Shown here: one piece after another, positions 1 through 14,652 of the stretch | Layout of the letters: each line of letters begins with the position of its first letter | How positions within the stretch are numbered: the first letter of the stretch is position 1 | From: Parasitella parasitica NRRL 2501 | Taxonomy: Eukaryota > Fungi > Mucoromycota | Reading direction: 5' to 3' | Length of the DNA: 44,203 nt | Assembly: GCA_025201805.1 (NCBI GenBank) | Contig: MU619388.1 | Location: forward strand, 1-44,203 | Notes under the pieces: model-generated | The model's input: the letters and a program-made list of their open reading frames with translations, nothing else | Told to the model about the DNA's origin: nothing | The model's database searches: none | Position numbers and translations under genes: made by a program

Positions 1-329
1 ATATTATACTTTTCTTATTTCGATCTTGCAGATCTCAACAGTTATAAATGGCATAAATAGCAGATGCAATTTTGATCCTACATAAAGTGGCATAAACTTT
101 TCGTATCTCGCTAACCTCTGGTTCTTATCTTTTTTTGTTTCCAACTCACAGGTGATAGTAAACATGTTGTTTAATAGAAGTAAAAAGTAAGACAAATGAT
201 AAAGAAAAAAGATACAAAAGGCATCATAGCAAACGTCAAATGTTCAACAGAAATTAACCAAATAAGTTGACATATGGTATGCAGTATCTTTTTTTTTTTC
301 AACCAAGCTAACGTCTACTTTTATGTAGG

Positions 330-488
330 CAGAAATGGACATCCGCCAAGTTTCGTCAAGATGAAGCTAAGGCTCCATTATAAATTTTTAGTGATGGCAT
401 GTTCAACAAACATTCTTCTGTAAATTTGAAAGGCCTCAAAATTGGATTCACTGGTGGCATATGGAGAGCTATCAAAATAAGAGGGAAG
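330..488 (+). pseudogene. Fanzor/TnpB-like nuclease fragment (segment just upstream of RuvC-II)
   Basis: Manual translation QKWTSAKFRQDEAKAPL*IFSDGMFNKHSSVNLKGLKIGFTGGIWRAIKIRGK resembles the Mucorales Fanzor pattern KW...PLIxFGDGMF...KLKG..GVTGxLWRxLKxRE. It has one in-frame stop and is preceded by an intron-like segment (gtatgc...gctaac...gtag). Confidence 0.6.
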
Positions 489-975
489 TTTTGTGCCAGA
501 AAGGCATAAGATTAAGCAATTATTAGATTGATAATTCTTTGTATACAATGACAAGGAATAAGCTATTGATGTACAATATAACATGTAATAAACTTGGTAT
601 GTGATACCAATTTCAATGTTTGACCATGATGGCAAATAGTGTTACAATAGATATTGTTGTATCCATAGAATACCATGGTTACCACTATTTCAACTCAGTT
701 GTCATGGCAACCGTTCCTGATCGGATCTAAGGTTAAATGGCATCGGTTATTTTATCTAGTAAATAGAAGTATTCAATAGTTTTGTATCTGGTAAACTAAG
801 CCTTTATTACATTCTTATATTTTTATATCGCATACAATCACCTGCTGTGCTCATTTTCAAGACCTGGCACAACAGATATAATCTAGTATAGCATTTTCTT
901 ATCAATTAAGTGATTAGTTTTTGTGTCTGATTTTATTTTTATAAAGCTATACATTTTTTGAGTAGACTGTATTCA

Positions 976-1246
976 TATGTCCTCCGCGCATAACAAAAAA
1001 GATAGGGACTTACTAGCTATCGAGATCGACGACTTCAAAACTTCAAAAACTTGCTTTCGGTGTTACGGTAATTCACTTAACAAGGTATAAGGTGTCAAAG
1101 GCCATAGTGTTTTTGGATATTTAAACTGTAAAACACTCAGGCAAAGAGACATCTCCGCCACAAAGAACATTTCTCTCATAGTATCATACATATGGAATGG
1201 TTATAATCGTCGACCTATGTTCCAACACTCTTTTTTATATCCTTAA
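976..1246 (+). pseudogene. Fanzor/TnpB-like nuclease C-terminal relic (RuvC-II, Zn finger, RuvC-III)
   Basis: Manual translation from 1007: DLLAIEIDDFKTSKTCFRCYGNSLNKV*GVKGHSVFGYLNCKTLRQRDISATKNISLIVSYIWNGYNRRPMFQH. This follows the IDEF-x-TSK-x-CxxC ... CxxC-x-x-x-WQRD-x-NA-x-KN ... RP order of TnpB/Fanzor. It has stops and a frameshift near 1005. Confidence 0.8.
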
Positions 1247-1509
1247 TCGCCGTAACAAACACGGTATTTCCCTCTGGAATTTAGCTTTTTACAGGTAAAC
1301 AGAAATAAATCTCTATTCGTCTTGAAACTAATTTATAATGTCTAATTTCCATTTTTATTTATTCAAAAAATGATAAGCCAGAAAATAAACATCGTCTGAA
1401 TTTGAAGTACTGTATTGTAGATCCTAGTAGTAAAAGATTTCATATTTATTGCCTATTCTATAAATTCGTTAAAGATGCTAATGTAATGATTTGATAGATG
1501 GAGGATTTA

Positions 1510-2747
1510 TTAAATAGGAAATAGCTTTCCCATCAATGAATCAATTTGTGTTTGCTGCAGTTTAATCTGCTCCATCAATGTTAAAATTTTGTTATCTTTT
1601 TCTGTGATCAGCCTATTATGTTCTGCCATGGTTATATATCTGCCATGAATAAGACCATTGTTAGAAATGGTGGCTCTTTTTTCTTCGATAATGTTCATAT
1701 ATTCCTGAGATTCCTTGATTCCACCTTTGTGTGCAGTCTCAAAATGATGATATGCTTTGTCGAGATCAACATTGGTGCCTTTTCCATCCATATAGAGTTC
1801 TCCCAGATTCTGATGTGCTTGATGGCTGCCTTTTTCTGCACCACGTGAATAATAGTGAAACGCTTGTTTGTAGCTCAAGACAACTCCATGCCCTTTTTCA
1901 TATAAATAGCCTACATTGCACAAGGCGTCAGGATGATTTTCCTTGGTTGCTTGCATGTAATATTCAAACGCCTTGTTATAGTCAATTGTGGAAAAAGCGA
2001 ATACATTAGATGACTGAGTTCCCAAACCAAATTGATACATGTATCCAGCATTGAATGCACCTAATACATGCCCTTTTTTAGCGGCTCTTTCATAATAGAT
2101 GCGAGCTTGTGTAAGATCTACCTGAACACCCATTCCGTTGTGATACAAGTGGCCCAAACGAAAAATCGCTTCTGGATTATCTCGCTCAGCAGCTTGAAGG
2201 TAATGTATGTACGCCCCTTTATAGTCTTTCAATAATTGACCGTGACCTTCTTGACACATGATACCCAAGTTTAGGTGTGCCAACGTGCTGCCATTTGCTG
2301 CGGCTTTAGTATACCATTCGATTGCTTGAGCGTAGTCCTGGAACGTGCCGTAGCCCTCTCTATAAAAATCTCCTACTTTGCACTGAGCTTCAACATGACC
2401 CAATGAACCAGCCTGCTTAAAGTAATTTAAAGTTCTTTCCTTGTCTGCAAAGCTGATGAATAAAACACTGTTGTATATCGCATTCCCCATGGCAAACAGA
2501 GAGTTTGCAGTTTGAAATGGAGTTGTAGTAGCGCTTCCGAATATACTTGTTGGTGTTTTGAGGGAAGCTGGTTTATCGAAAGGATCTATTTTTTATCAGC
2601 GTCAGTAGTCTATCTTTCTAAATGTAAAGCCTACTATCTAACAAACCATTACTTACATTCGCACGAAGAGGAAGGAGGAGGCGCAAAGGGAACAGAGGCA
2701 GTGCCAAACGCAGAAGTACTCTCTTTATTTGATGGATTGAGAGTCAT
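1510..2747 (-). CDS. Sel1-like repeat (SLR) protein with C-terminal coiled coil
   Basis: ORF 1510-2490 has ~6-7 Sel1 repeats (A..LG..Y..G.G...D...A..WY..AA..G). An upstream exon from ATG 2747 (MTLNPSNKES...) splices in frame via a GTAAGT...TAG intron (~2656-2586). Confidence 0.85.
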
Positions 2748-3480
2748 TATACGACCAGAGTGTTTTACTTGAACAGAAGAATAAAGAACTGAATTGAAAG
2801 GAAGTGAAAAACATTGATTTAAATACAAATCAATCATGCATGATTCGAGTCGCACAAAATATGGTCGCTATGACCGCAGCAACAGTACCTGCATGTATTA
2901 CAAATCATTGCTGTATGAATTTAAGCAATGTTCGATTTACATGACGCATTGCGTTGCCACGGCATGATTAAATCTTGAAAACCTGGATGCCGCGTAATGA
3001 AAATATAATATATCAAGAGCTACTTTATTGTTTTAAGAAAAGAAATGAATGTAAATATTTGCAATTGAATGAGTAGATTTTGGGATAGTGATGTTTCAAT
3101 AACATTAAAATCGTAAAATGGTAGGCATTAGAAGAAACTTAGATACTCTCAAACCCGATCGGTTGATTGCTTTCCTGAATATCCTCAGATGGTTTTCCAA
3201 ATTGATGAATGAATTTCTACGCAAATTGCCCTTTATCGCCATCCATTTTCTCATTTTCCTTCTATTCACAAATTAGGTCTCTGATTATTTCTATGCTTGA
3301 GATTTATAAACTAAACATTCATCTTATAATTCATGTGTGATCTTTATTTTTTATTTAATGCTGAATTTATACATATGGTTTATGCCGCTAGGAACGATAC
3401 CTCTTGAAGGAATGAATATGAAACTTAATAAACGATTTAGATTACCACCCCACGGGATTAAAATAATGGAACATTCGGAT

Positions 3481-6028
3481 TCAGTAACTGTCTTGCCATA
3501 CCATCGTATTCATCTGCAAAATCTCTAATTGAGTATTAACACTAGAAGACATGTCAACATCTGCTCCTGATTTGAGCAAGATTTGAATTACAAGGTCTGC
3601 CCTCGAATGACAAGCAAAATAAAGAGGAGACAAACCATTACGGTCTTGGAGTTGCGCTAAAGCTGGGTTTCTAGAAACCAAAAAAGCAGCAAGGGTTGGA
3701 TAGTTTAGATAGGCGGCAAGATGAAGCAAGTTTTGACCTCCCAGAGTGGTTTGAACAAGATATGAACCATGGAAAGTAGCGCAAGACAGCATATTCAATA
3801 TTTCAATTTCAGTATTCTGTTGATGATCGACACTATAGCATTCATTTGACGTTTCTCCGATATAAGGTATAGGAGGAGAAGAAAAATTTTGAGACTGAAG
3901 GTAATCATGATTTGCGGACATTGCTATTGCAGATGGAGTGTGGTTACCAACGACTTGGTTGCATAAACCAACTACAAGTTGCTTTGATGAGTCAACATAA
4001 TTGAATAGTGGAGGCACTGGGCTGGTTCTCATTAATGGATGTTCTTTAAATGACACAACAACAGCACCATTATGTTCAGCAGGAGGTAAGATACACAGTA
4101 TGGAATTTGAACTACAGCAAACTGTGGTTGCTGCACGATTTCCAAACATCAAAGTCAGACCGCGGTGAAAGTTATCGCCAACGATTGTGATCTCGACACC
4201 GCCAGTGGTAGGTCCCTCAGATGGCACAATGCGATCTAATGTAGGTATTATAGGATGGCTGACGGAAACAACGCTAGTGGGTGAAACAGGAGCTGATTCG
4301 GTCATAGAGTACGAAGGATTATCAGCAATAGGCAATGGTTGTATTGAAGCAGCAGCTAACAAAGAAGGAGCGCAATTTTCATTTACCAAGCCATCTTGCA
4401 AAAAAAATTGATGCGATAAACCAGCTGAAGCTGTCATGCTTTGTGTACGACGATGATGTAAATTTGACATATTGCTCAGAGGGATTTGAACGGAACTGTA
4501 TGGCATCATATTCTCCCATGATAAGCCAGTGGTACAGGAAGCAGTGGTTGGGGTCCTTGGAGATGTTGTTAATGTAGATCCACTTTCTTCGCTAGGTGTC
4601 GGCAAAGGGGATGTGGTAAAATGACCGAATGCGGATGGCGTATTGCCAGTCGCAGATGTGCCCGAGAAGTAACCTGAGTTCATGGAAGCAGCGATGACAG
4701 ACATTTGACGCGGGCTATTTTCAGATTCGGGTTCACTTCCGCATACACTTGTCTTTCTTGAGGATACAGGGGTGGCTAATACAGTACAACCATCTTCAGT
4801 TTCATGTGAAACGGCTCTGCGTCTTTTTCTGGAAACAGGGACTGAAGGACCACATTGCTTGGAGGTCTTATGGTCATCCGTAACCATGATTGGAGGAGAA
4901 TCGCCAATTGCTATCACCTTGCCTTTGTTATCCTTCAAGGTAAAACGGACGCTATAATCGTTAGAAACATAAAAGGTTAGTTTTTGATTACTGAAAAATC
5001 CCATGGAAGATTTACCGAAACCCAATTCGTTCGTTGTGATGGCGACAATAACAAGTAATACGCGTAGGTAAAATGGCATCGCCTGAGCTAAAATTCACAA
5101 GTGGCTCGCAGTTGAATAACAAGATACGCTTGCGGTCTCTTTCGAATGCTTTATCCATAACGCTAGAGCTCATTTCGTTGATGGATGGCCTCGAATCTTT
5201 CTTTCTTTCAGCTCGCTTACGCTAGTTATGAATAATATTAGTAATGCGATGAAAAAAAAAATATTAGCGCACGACAGATTTACCTCTCTGCGAACACAGC
5301 CTTGGCACATTTCGATCTTTTTGCGCTCATCGCTTTCGCAGACAACGCGAGCTTCTAAATCAAGCACCTTGGTCTCGTCAGAAACCATAGCAGCAGCACT
5401 GCCGTCGAGTAGTTTTTGTTGCTGGCTTTTTCTTAGCTTCGATCTAGCAAGCATTGATTCAGGAATTCTGATGTACGACCAATAAGGAAATGTTACGCCA
5501 TCCCTTGTAGTAAGAGACACACTAAGTTTGATTTGAGTTTCTACTCTGGATTTCGCACCACTATCAGGAATACCATCCACGTGGATTTGGAGACCATTAC
5601 TATAGAAGAAAGGCATATGTAAAAATAAGTATCAAAATGCTGGATATATTTTAAGAATCATCATGCATACTTTGTAGCAGAAGGATCGGTTGCAGAGTGA
5701 CTACCTGCCTTGTGAAAGGTGCTTTGATTGTGGTGATACTTGTACGAAACACTATTTTACAATAAAATTTGTGTCAATTTGGCATAGCTAGATTGATCGG
5801 AAGTGTTGCATTGTTGGTCAAAGCATGTGGTATACTTACGGATGATAGACGTTTCGTTGATAGTGATGCTGTTCCATCTAAATTATTTTTAAAAAATGTA
5901 AGAACCAATTGGAAAGAAGGCAAATGAGATGTTCTACTAACGTTATCATCTAGAGACAAAAATCCATTTGGCATTTGATATGGAGAGATGGTATCTTCCT
6001 GGCTAAGGGGTAATGTGGGTGGAGACAT
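3481..6028 (-). CDS. Spt23/Mga2-like transcription factor (DNA-binding region, IPT/TIG domain, ankyrin repeats); multi-exon
   Basis: Motifs KSRVETQIKL, C..C..RE, SPPIMVTDDHK, IPT domain (RIVPSEGPTTGGVEITIVGDNF) and ankyrin repeats (GQNLLHLAA, GLSPLYFAC). GT-AG introns separate the ORF pieces. A possible short last exon ends at 3388. Confidence 0.85.
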
Positions 6029-7099
6029 TGATGTAGGGTTAGATGTATCAAATTGAGATAAATATTATGGTGCTTTTGTTTCAATTTACTGACAAGGTGT
6101 TGTGTATGTATTTGGATGAAAAATGCAACGAAAGGTATACAGATAAATGCATGAAGAGCAGAAAAATAAAAAGAACGAAATTATGCGTCTCTTATAAATG
6201 AAAAGGCAAGTTTTCTTTTCTGATATTAAAAGCGAGCCATTCAAACTGAACACCAACATACGAAAGTATGGCGGGTGTTTATAGATATGAGTCTCTCACA
6301 AAATAGTCTAAAACCATGTTCCAAATCATTTCGAAAATAAAATGTATCATTTTGAATCCAAAAAAGCAAAATATTTTACCGAGTACCTAAATTTTTAACA
6401 CTGGCATATAGAACGTTATAGATGCGTCAATGTATTAGTATATACCATAAATAAAAAGAAGGTCTTCACTATAGCAAATTATGCTGAAACTGCAGTATTG
6501 TAAGAATAGCTACTGCCTTCAGTCTGAAAAAAAGTGCAGCGAGATGTATATTTATAACTGCTGCAATCACTATACATCCGGATAAAATCATAACAACTTC
6601 ATGGGCACTCACTCAGAGGAACATACATGGTATTTATGTTTTTTACATCATTTCAGAAAGCATCTTCCAAATAGATCGATTCGCTAGGCACGCGTTTTTT
6701 ACGAGTATTTAAATACTTTGGGCATGGGAAGGTTTTAGAGCATTTGTAAATGCCTTGTATAAATTATAAACTATCTGCAGCATCTGCTTCTTCCGATTTT
6801 ACATTGGCGGTTCATATAGAGCCATGTTAACATATACATATGAAGCAATTATGTGCTGGATTTGTTTATTACTGATTTTGAGTATATCACTACAGATTAT
6901 AGCGTTAAAGAGCTCAATTGGTTATATCCATTGTACGAGGGGTATTAATCTAATTCAAACTTTTTATCGAAATAAGCCTCTTGCAAACAACAGTTAATAT
7001 GAATGCTATATAATAGCATCATAGGTTAACATTGGTACGCCAACAAACATTCACCAAGTTTGAAACTTTTACGCCAACAAACTCTCGTACTATACTTGA

Positions 7100-7560
7100 A
7101 AATAATCAGAGTTCAGCCTCTTGCTCCAATATCAAGTTGCTGCATTCGTCGACCCCAAGCTTTGTTTATTTACGCATTCTCAATTAACTCGATCATGTAA
7201 ATTTTTAGTATGAATATCTGCAAACCATATCGACATATCGAATCAATTTTATTTCTAAGCATGCCATATATCTACTGTCATTCTGAAAACTCTGAATCCT
7301 TTGGAAATACAGGAAGAATTAAAACTATTCTGCCGTATATTAGCTAATCTTTCAGTTATCGACAGATGAAACCAAGAATTATATCAGGGACAGATTACAA
7401 TATCTACTCAAATTCATCACAAACTATAATGTAGAACTGCATGACACATATTATATTAATGAAGTTATGTCCTTTCAGTAAATGATGGCCTCTCAGCCTA
7501 TATAACCTTTATCTCAACAACTTTATTGGCTGTAAGTAGATCTACTGTGAAATTTCTAAA
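7100..7560 (+). mobile_element. Possible highly degenerate non-LTR retrotransposon (LINE) endonuclease fragment
   Basis: Broken reading frames with RIISGTDYNIYS, resembling the GDFN motif of APE/EEP endonucleases. Many stops; weak similarity only. Confidence 0.25.
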
Positions 7561-9166
7561 TGGTGATCTTTGAAATCGTAGCTGTGATGATCTGCAATAT
7601 CATTCATCATCATGTTCTATCAGCCACTCTACAGTAATAACCAAAATAATTGTAATGTCATAGGAAACAGATGGTAATTGTTTCTGCAAGAGCATTGTTG
7701 ACATTATCCAAGAATGGAAGCACAAATGATAAAACAGCATTCTATCAAAAATGAAGGTGCGATATTTTGCAAATGTTTGAAGTGAGGGAATAGTAGCTCA
7801 ACAATTTAGCCATGAATGAGATATAATTTTTCCTTTAGACTTTGCTTTGCTACAGGAATTATTTACTACTTTGGTTGCTTTGCAGCTGTGAATTTCCAAA
7901 TGCTTGATAAAAGTTTACTTTCACAGCTGTAAACGTGTTTTCACATGAAAAAAACAAAAGGTTTATACGATGTAGACGCTAAAAATTACCTACTATATAA
8001 ATTTGAAGCTTTTTAATTATCTTATTAAAGAAATAAAATTTTTAAATTTTATTTTTGAAATATTTGATGGTACGGATTATGTCTTTTTTGGCCAAATTGA
8101 GAGTTCAGAACGAGGGCAAATGTTTTCTCAAAACTAAAGGTAGTAATTTGAGGCATTCGCACCAAGAAAAATGACTGATGAAAATCTCATTGATATTGTG
8201 TTATATATAAGTCAATGCAATACAATATACTCCAAGATGTATATGAAATTCCCAGGTGCTGCTTATGCAGAATATTGACTTTACGCAGGAAAGCGCATTT
8301 TTCTTAAATCAAGAATTACTTGGGCGCTTGGGAAATTAAACTGTTTCTAATTATACCATTAAATGCGCATTTAGATAATATACAGGAATAGTCAAGAGTA
8401 CATAGTATATTGTGTTAGTATATTTTGTAGCTATTCGCGAAAAAGGGTAAACAAGCTTACAAACTAGGCCATAACAACTGATGAAAAATCAAAGCTGTGG
8501 TCGAAAAAAAAATTGCCTGTAAATTTAGCTGTTCAGATTGAGTTTCCAACCATGACGGAAGAATACAATGATGCATTTCTCCTCAAGCAAGACCACGCTG
8601 ATTTACAAACTGTATTACATATATAGTGAATCAATAAATTATTTAGTTGTTTTTCCAAGATTTGCAGTGAATTTTGCAGATGAATTTTACAATTGTAATA
8701 CAAATGAACGTATTTGTAAAGAAGTAGATAAAGAAAGAGAAGGTTCCACACAAAAGATATTAATAGGGTATTGCTCGTATTTTAGTCATAGATGACCTTA
8801 TTTCCCACGATTCGCATTAAAAATAAAGGGAATTTGCAGTTGCTTTCACATGAAAAGCTTGGTCAAGAAAGATACCAAATTACTTAATGCTATTTAGCTA
8901 AATGGCAATCTTATGAAAATATAGTCAAGTGTGCCATGTATATAATCGTATGTTCCGCTTTCCTCTTTTTCGTTTCTCTTTTCCTCACTTTAACAACATT
9001 TCACAAAAAGGTAACAAGGAAATATAAATAGCCTTCGTTGAAGATTAAAAGCATGATCAAACACTTAGATTGTATAGAGTGACTCCTCCTAACTCATCAT
9101 ATCTCATAAACAAGTCGACACACGCCGAGATTTAATTTTTCAGATAAAACCCGCATCTTTTTCAAT

Positions 9167-10683
<1,517 letters not shown>

Positions 10684-12030
10684 TAATATAATAAAACAGA
10701 CACCCCCTTCTGCTTCATATCACAGCAACCTCATGACTTAAGGTTTGGTCTGGTCCCGGCCATATAAAACCGCTATTATGCGCCTTGCTGCAATGATGGA
10801 TAGACTCTAAACACACTGTCTCAATAACGAGTACATGTGAATCAAACAGTTTGAAGTAAACGAAATATACCGCCTTTAATGTTAGCCGCTCTAGCATGAA
10901 TCTCACCTGTGATTCACTGTGTTCAAATCGATGCGCCAAGCTTCGAAGTATAATTCGATAGCATTATATATTTCGTATGTTCTTTGCTTCTCGAATATTT
11001 TTGTAATTCGTGAAAGTTTCAAAACCCCCCAACGACACACATCCCATCCGGCGGGCATATTGTAAATTTTCAGCAAAAGGTGCTCACGGGTCACAGATTG
11101 GTATGGCCTACGCGTAGTAAGCACACTTTTGACGCTGATGAAACAACAGCCTTCAATTGTATGTTTCTCCTGAAATCACCAAAGGTTTGAGTTGATCTAA
11201 TGCTAATGCTGTTTCGATTAGCGTCTACTATTTTGGTTGCTTGCGCTAATATCCACAAAGTTTCTAACCTTATCCGTAACAGACTTTCTTGCTTTTTATG
11301 AACAGCCGACCATACAGTGAATCCACGAAATGTTGCTACGGCAAATGTGCCTCGACGGAAATTTTATCAGTATTGTTTTAAAATAGTTCTTATGCGACTA
11401 TAAGTTCATAGAGATATTATTTATCCTAATATTTCAAACATTTTAAATTATAACGAAATGTATTTGACAGAACCAAGCTAATTATGCAATTTCACATTTG
11501 AAAGGAGAATCTCCAAAGATATAAAAAGCAAGCAGAGCTCGCACAAAGTCTTACAATTCTTGTAGCATCAATTGTTATGCGACGCAGGGTGTTTGGAGAA
11601 CGGCATGAAAACTTGTATATTTGCAGATGACATGACCCTTCATATATACTTGTCAAATCATGGATACTACTCATTATGTGTATTTTCCGATATATTTAAT
11701 GATTTCTAGGATAATAACATGAAGATACTCTGTTGGTTGTATACTCAGGTAGGATTCTTATAAAGACAGTTGGGTTAGATCTAATTACACCATTCCCCCT
11801 ACATTTATGGCCTACACAATAAATTCTTTATAATTGAGATGCAGTCGTCCCATAATGAGCAAAAAAATAAATTAAACGTAATGTATTCTCTTTTTCTGGC
11901 TATTTTATTTATAAATGTACCTTTGTTATTGAATTTGTTAAACTTTTAAAACTAAATATTTTCCTCTTCTCAAGTGAGCAAAAAAATACAACCATGCTTG
12001 TGATGATTTTTTTTTTGTAAATTTCTGTTT

Positions 12031-12066
<36 letters not shown>

Positions 12067-12307
12067 CCACATTTTTTTTTTTGAATAGTTAAGTTGCTGT
12101 TGTTGCTGCTGTTGCTGATTTTGTACAAATGAGGCAGAAGTAATAGTAATAGTAATGAAAACGAAAAAAAATATGGGGTCATATAACAATAAAAAAAGAA
12201 TAGTTGAACGAAAAAGAGAGTAATTAAAGGACGATGTTGTTGTGTAAAAAAAAAAATATTGTTAAAGAAGGGATATAGCAGGAAAGAATAAAAATAGAAA
12301 CCACATG

Positions 12308-13638
12308 CTATTGACAGAGACGTTTATTGAAAGCAATGTCGTTGTCATGTTGATACTGTCTTTTGGTTGATCCTCCTGTGGTTGATAAGGGTTGAGAAGA
12401 AGGTGGAGAAAGAATATCAAACGATACACCTGAATCAGTTCTTTCGTAAGTCGTTGTCGTTGTGGACTTCTCTTGTTGCTGGTGCTGCTGACCAGAACAA
12501 GGAGATGGAAGCGAAATGGGATGATGAACAACCTGAGCATAGCCTGAATTGTTCGTTTCATCAGGCGGAGGAGAGGGATAATTATTCTGAATACTTGATG
12601 CCGATCTTTGCTGTTGTTGATATGCGTTGTTCGCATTATTCATGGACAGGTTGATGATTGCTGTTGCTGCTGTGGAGCAATTGTTGCTGATAGGTAATTC
12701 GGATTTGGCGTTGTATCCTTTCTGAATATGTCCATGTAATTGAGTATACCATCTGTCAAATGTTGGTTTACTAACGTATAATCGATAATCAATCAACTGC
12801 AAAAAAGCCATTTCCGCAGCATTGATTTCTTTGATGTCGAGACCGGTGATTTTGGACCAAGCTTTGTTATGGTAATTCTTGTCATGAAGATACTTCGAAG
12901 CAAGCATAAGTGAGGCCAAGAACATGCGTCGTCCGCAGCACATTAAATCGTCCATTTGACTAGTTGTGTTTGTCTGCATGTTACCTGACTGCTGTTGCTG
13001 CTGTTGTTGTTTTATACGTTGATAGAGCTTTTCATGAACGACTTTCTTAACGCGAAAGACATAAAAAAGGCTAATTTGCAATGTCGAGTAGGTGGTCTTT
13101 GATCTTTTCAAGATTTCGTTGCAAAATCCTCGGGTTGGCATCACCTTGACTTTTTGATGCTCAATCAAGAATTTTGGATGCCAGATTGAATCAATGACAT
13201 TGGCAAAGGTTTCTATTATGAGAAAGAAAAAGAAAAAGAGAGAGAGAAATCAATACATGATTTCAACCAAAGAGTATGTATAGAAAAAAAATACGCATAC
13301 ACATTCAAATCGAACGAGGGCATGTACATTTCCTGATTGGGACCCAAAATCTTTGCCAATTTCGTATGCGCCTTTTTTTTCCATAACTGGATATGGATGT
13401 TTTTTAACCTACCAACCAATTTTTCAATCATAAAAGTACGTTCTTGACGAGACGAGTCCATAAATTGACGATACTTTTCACATGGAAGTTCTTCAGAATA
13501 TTTACAGTCATTTGTCGGTAAGGGAGTCGGATTGCTGTTGTTGTTGTCGTGGATGTTGTTGGCTAAAAATGGCCCAGCAAGGTGAGTTGCTGCGGACGCA
13601 AAACGTCCATTATCAGGTGGAAGTAAATCATTTGCCAT
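12308..13638 (-). CDS. Pho85-family cyclin, Pcl5/Clg1-like
   Basis: Cyclin box EILKRSKTTYSTLQISLFY...CGRRMFLASLMLASKYLHDKNYHNKAWSKITGL...INAAEMAFLQLIDYRLYV. Two exons, with intron 13412-13213 (GTAGGT...TAG) joining in frame. Confidence 0.85.
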
Positions 13639-14652
13639 TTAAGTGTGTCTTGTAATAAAGCTAGCTTGTTCTTTGTATAGTTAAGATGTCGATTCTTTTT
13701 TTTTTTTTCTTTTTCTTCTTGGTGGATGTGTATGAAAAAAAAAGAAATGAATTTAACTTGCAAAGATTAAATGTGTTGAGAGAAATAATTTAAAATAATG
13801 GAGGAGGGGAGGTTTTGAAAAGAGTTTTTGAAGAAAAGGGAAGAAATATAGTTGTTATTTAGAGAGACAAAAAAAAAGAAATACCTTTTTTTTAACAAGA
13901 GTAGGGTAATGTTAATGAGGAGTGAAATAAAAAGAGTGGAAATAAATAAAAAAAAAAGTCTTTAAAGACGACTAGGATTCATTTAAAAATGGGACGAAAA
14001 AAATAGGGTGAGTTGTTAAAAGTGTTTAAAAGTTAAAAAAGCTGATTAAGATGCGTAGTCGATTTGTAAGATTTAGAGTAAAAATTCCATAAAGTTGATA
14101 CAGACGTTGTTATTTTCTTTTTTTTTCTCTCTTCGCAACGATGAAATTAAGGAAAAAAAAACTGTTACGCAGTTCAAGGAGGGAATAATTGGTTCTTTTT
14201 GGCTTTTTATAGTCCTTCTTCGTGCACACAACCAACGAAAGGAGGCCTTCTAACTGGCAGTGATACAACCAATGATCTCGTGGCGCAGCATCTCTAGAAT
14301 GCTTGCTTGCTCATGGCCAAAGATGACGTGAAGTAAGCTTGTTCGAATGAACATTTAACCGATAGAGGTGCTCGGTGAGAAAATTGGAAGCGCGGCATTC
14401 CATTTGAAGGTAGAACTGGAGTAACAATCAATTCGAATACACAATATCACACACTCTCGCAACATGTATTCCTCATTTTACTGCGCAGGATACATTTCGT
14501 TGGTATATTTCTGGCAATATCCGCAGATATTCTTGTATGTTTTGCATTCAACAGTCCTTATCGATTTCATAAGACTCAACACGAAAAGCTAATTAATCAG
14601 TTAGTCAATCTCGACTTGATACTCTTCTCTATACTCTCTTAAATATAGCAAA

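Noticed and set aside
698-711. RFX/X-box-like palindrome GTTGTCATGGCAAC
   Set aside because: It lies in transposon debris between Fanzor fragments and is not upstream of any supported gene.
8219-8416. Loose inverted repeats (MITE-like)
   Set aside because: Short AT-rich arms with inconsistent centres and no TSD.
10715-11700. Short ORFs between the aminotransferase and the cyclin
   Set aside because: No recognisable motifs or consistent exon chain.
11938-12189. Lys/Gln-rich ORFs
   Set aside because: They are translations of poly(T) and CTG/TTG tracts in the cyclin 3' region.
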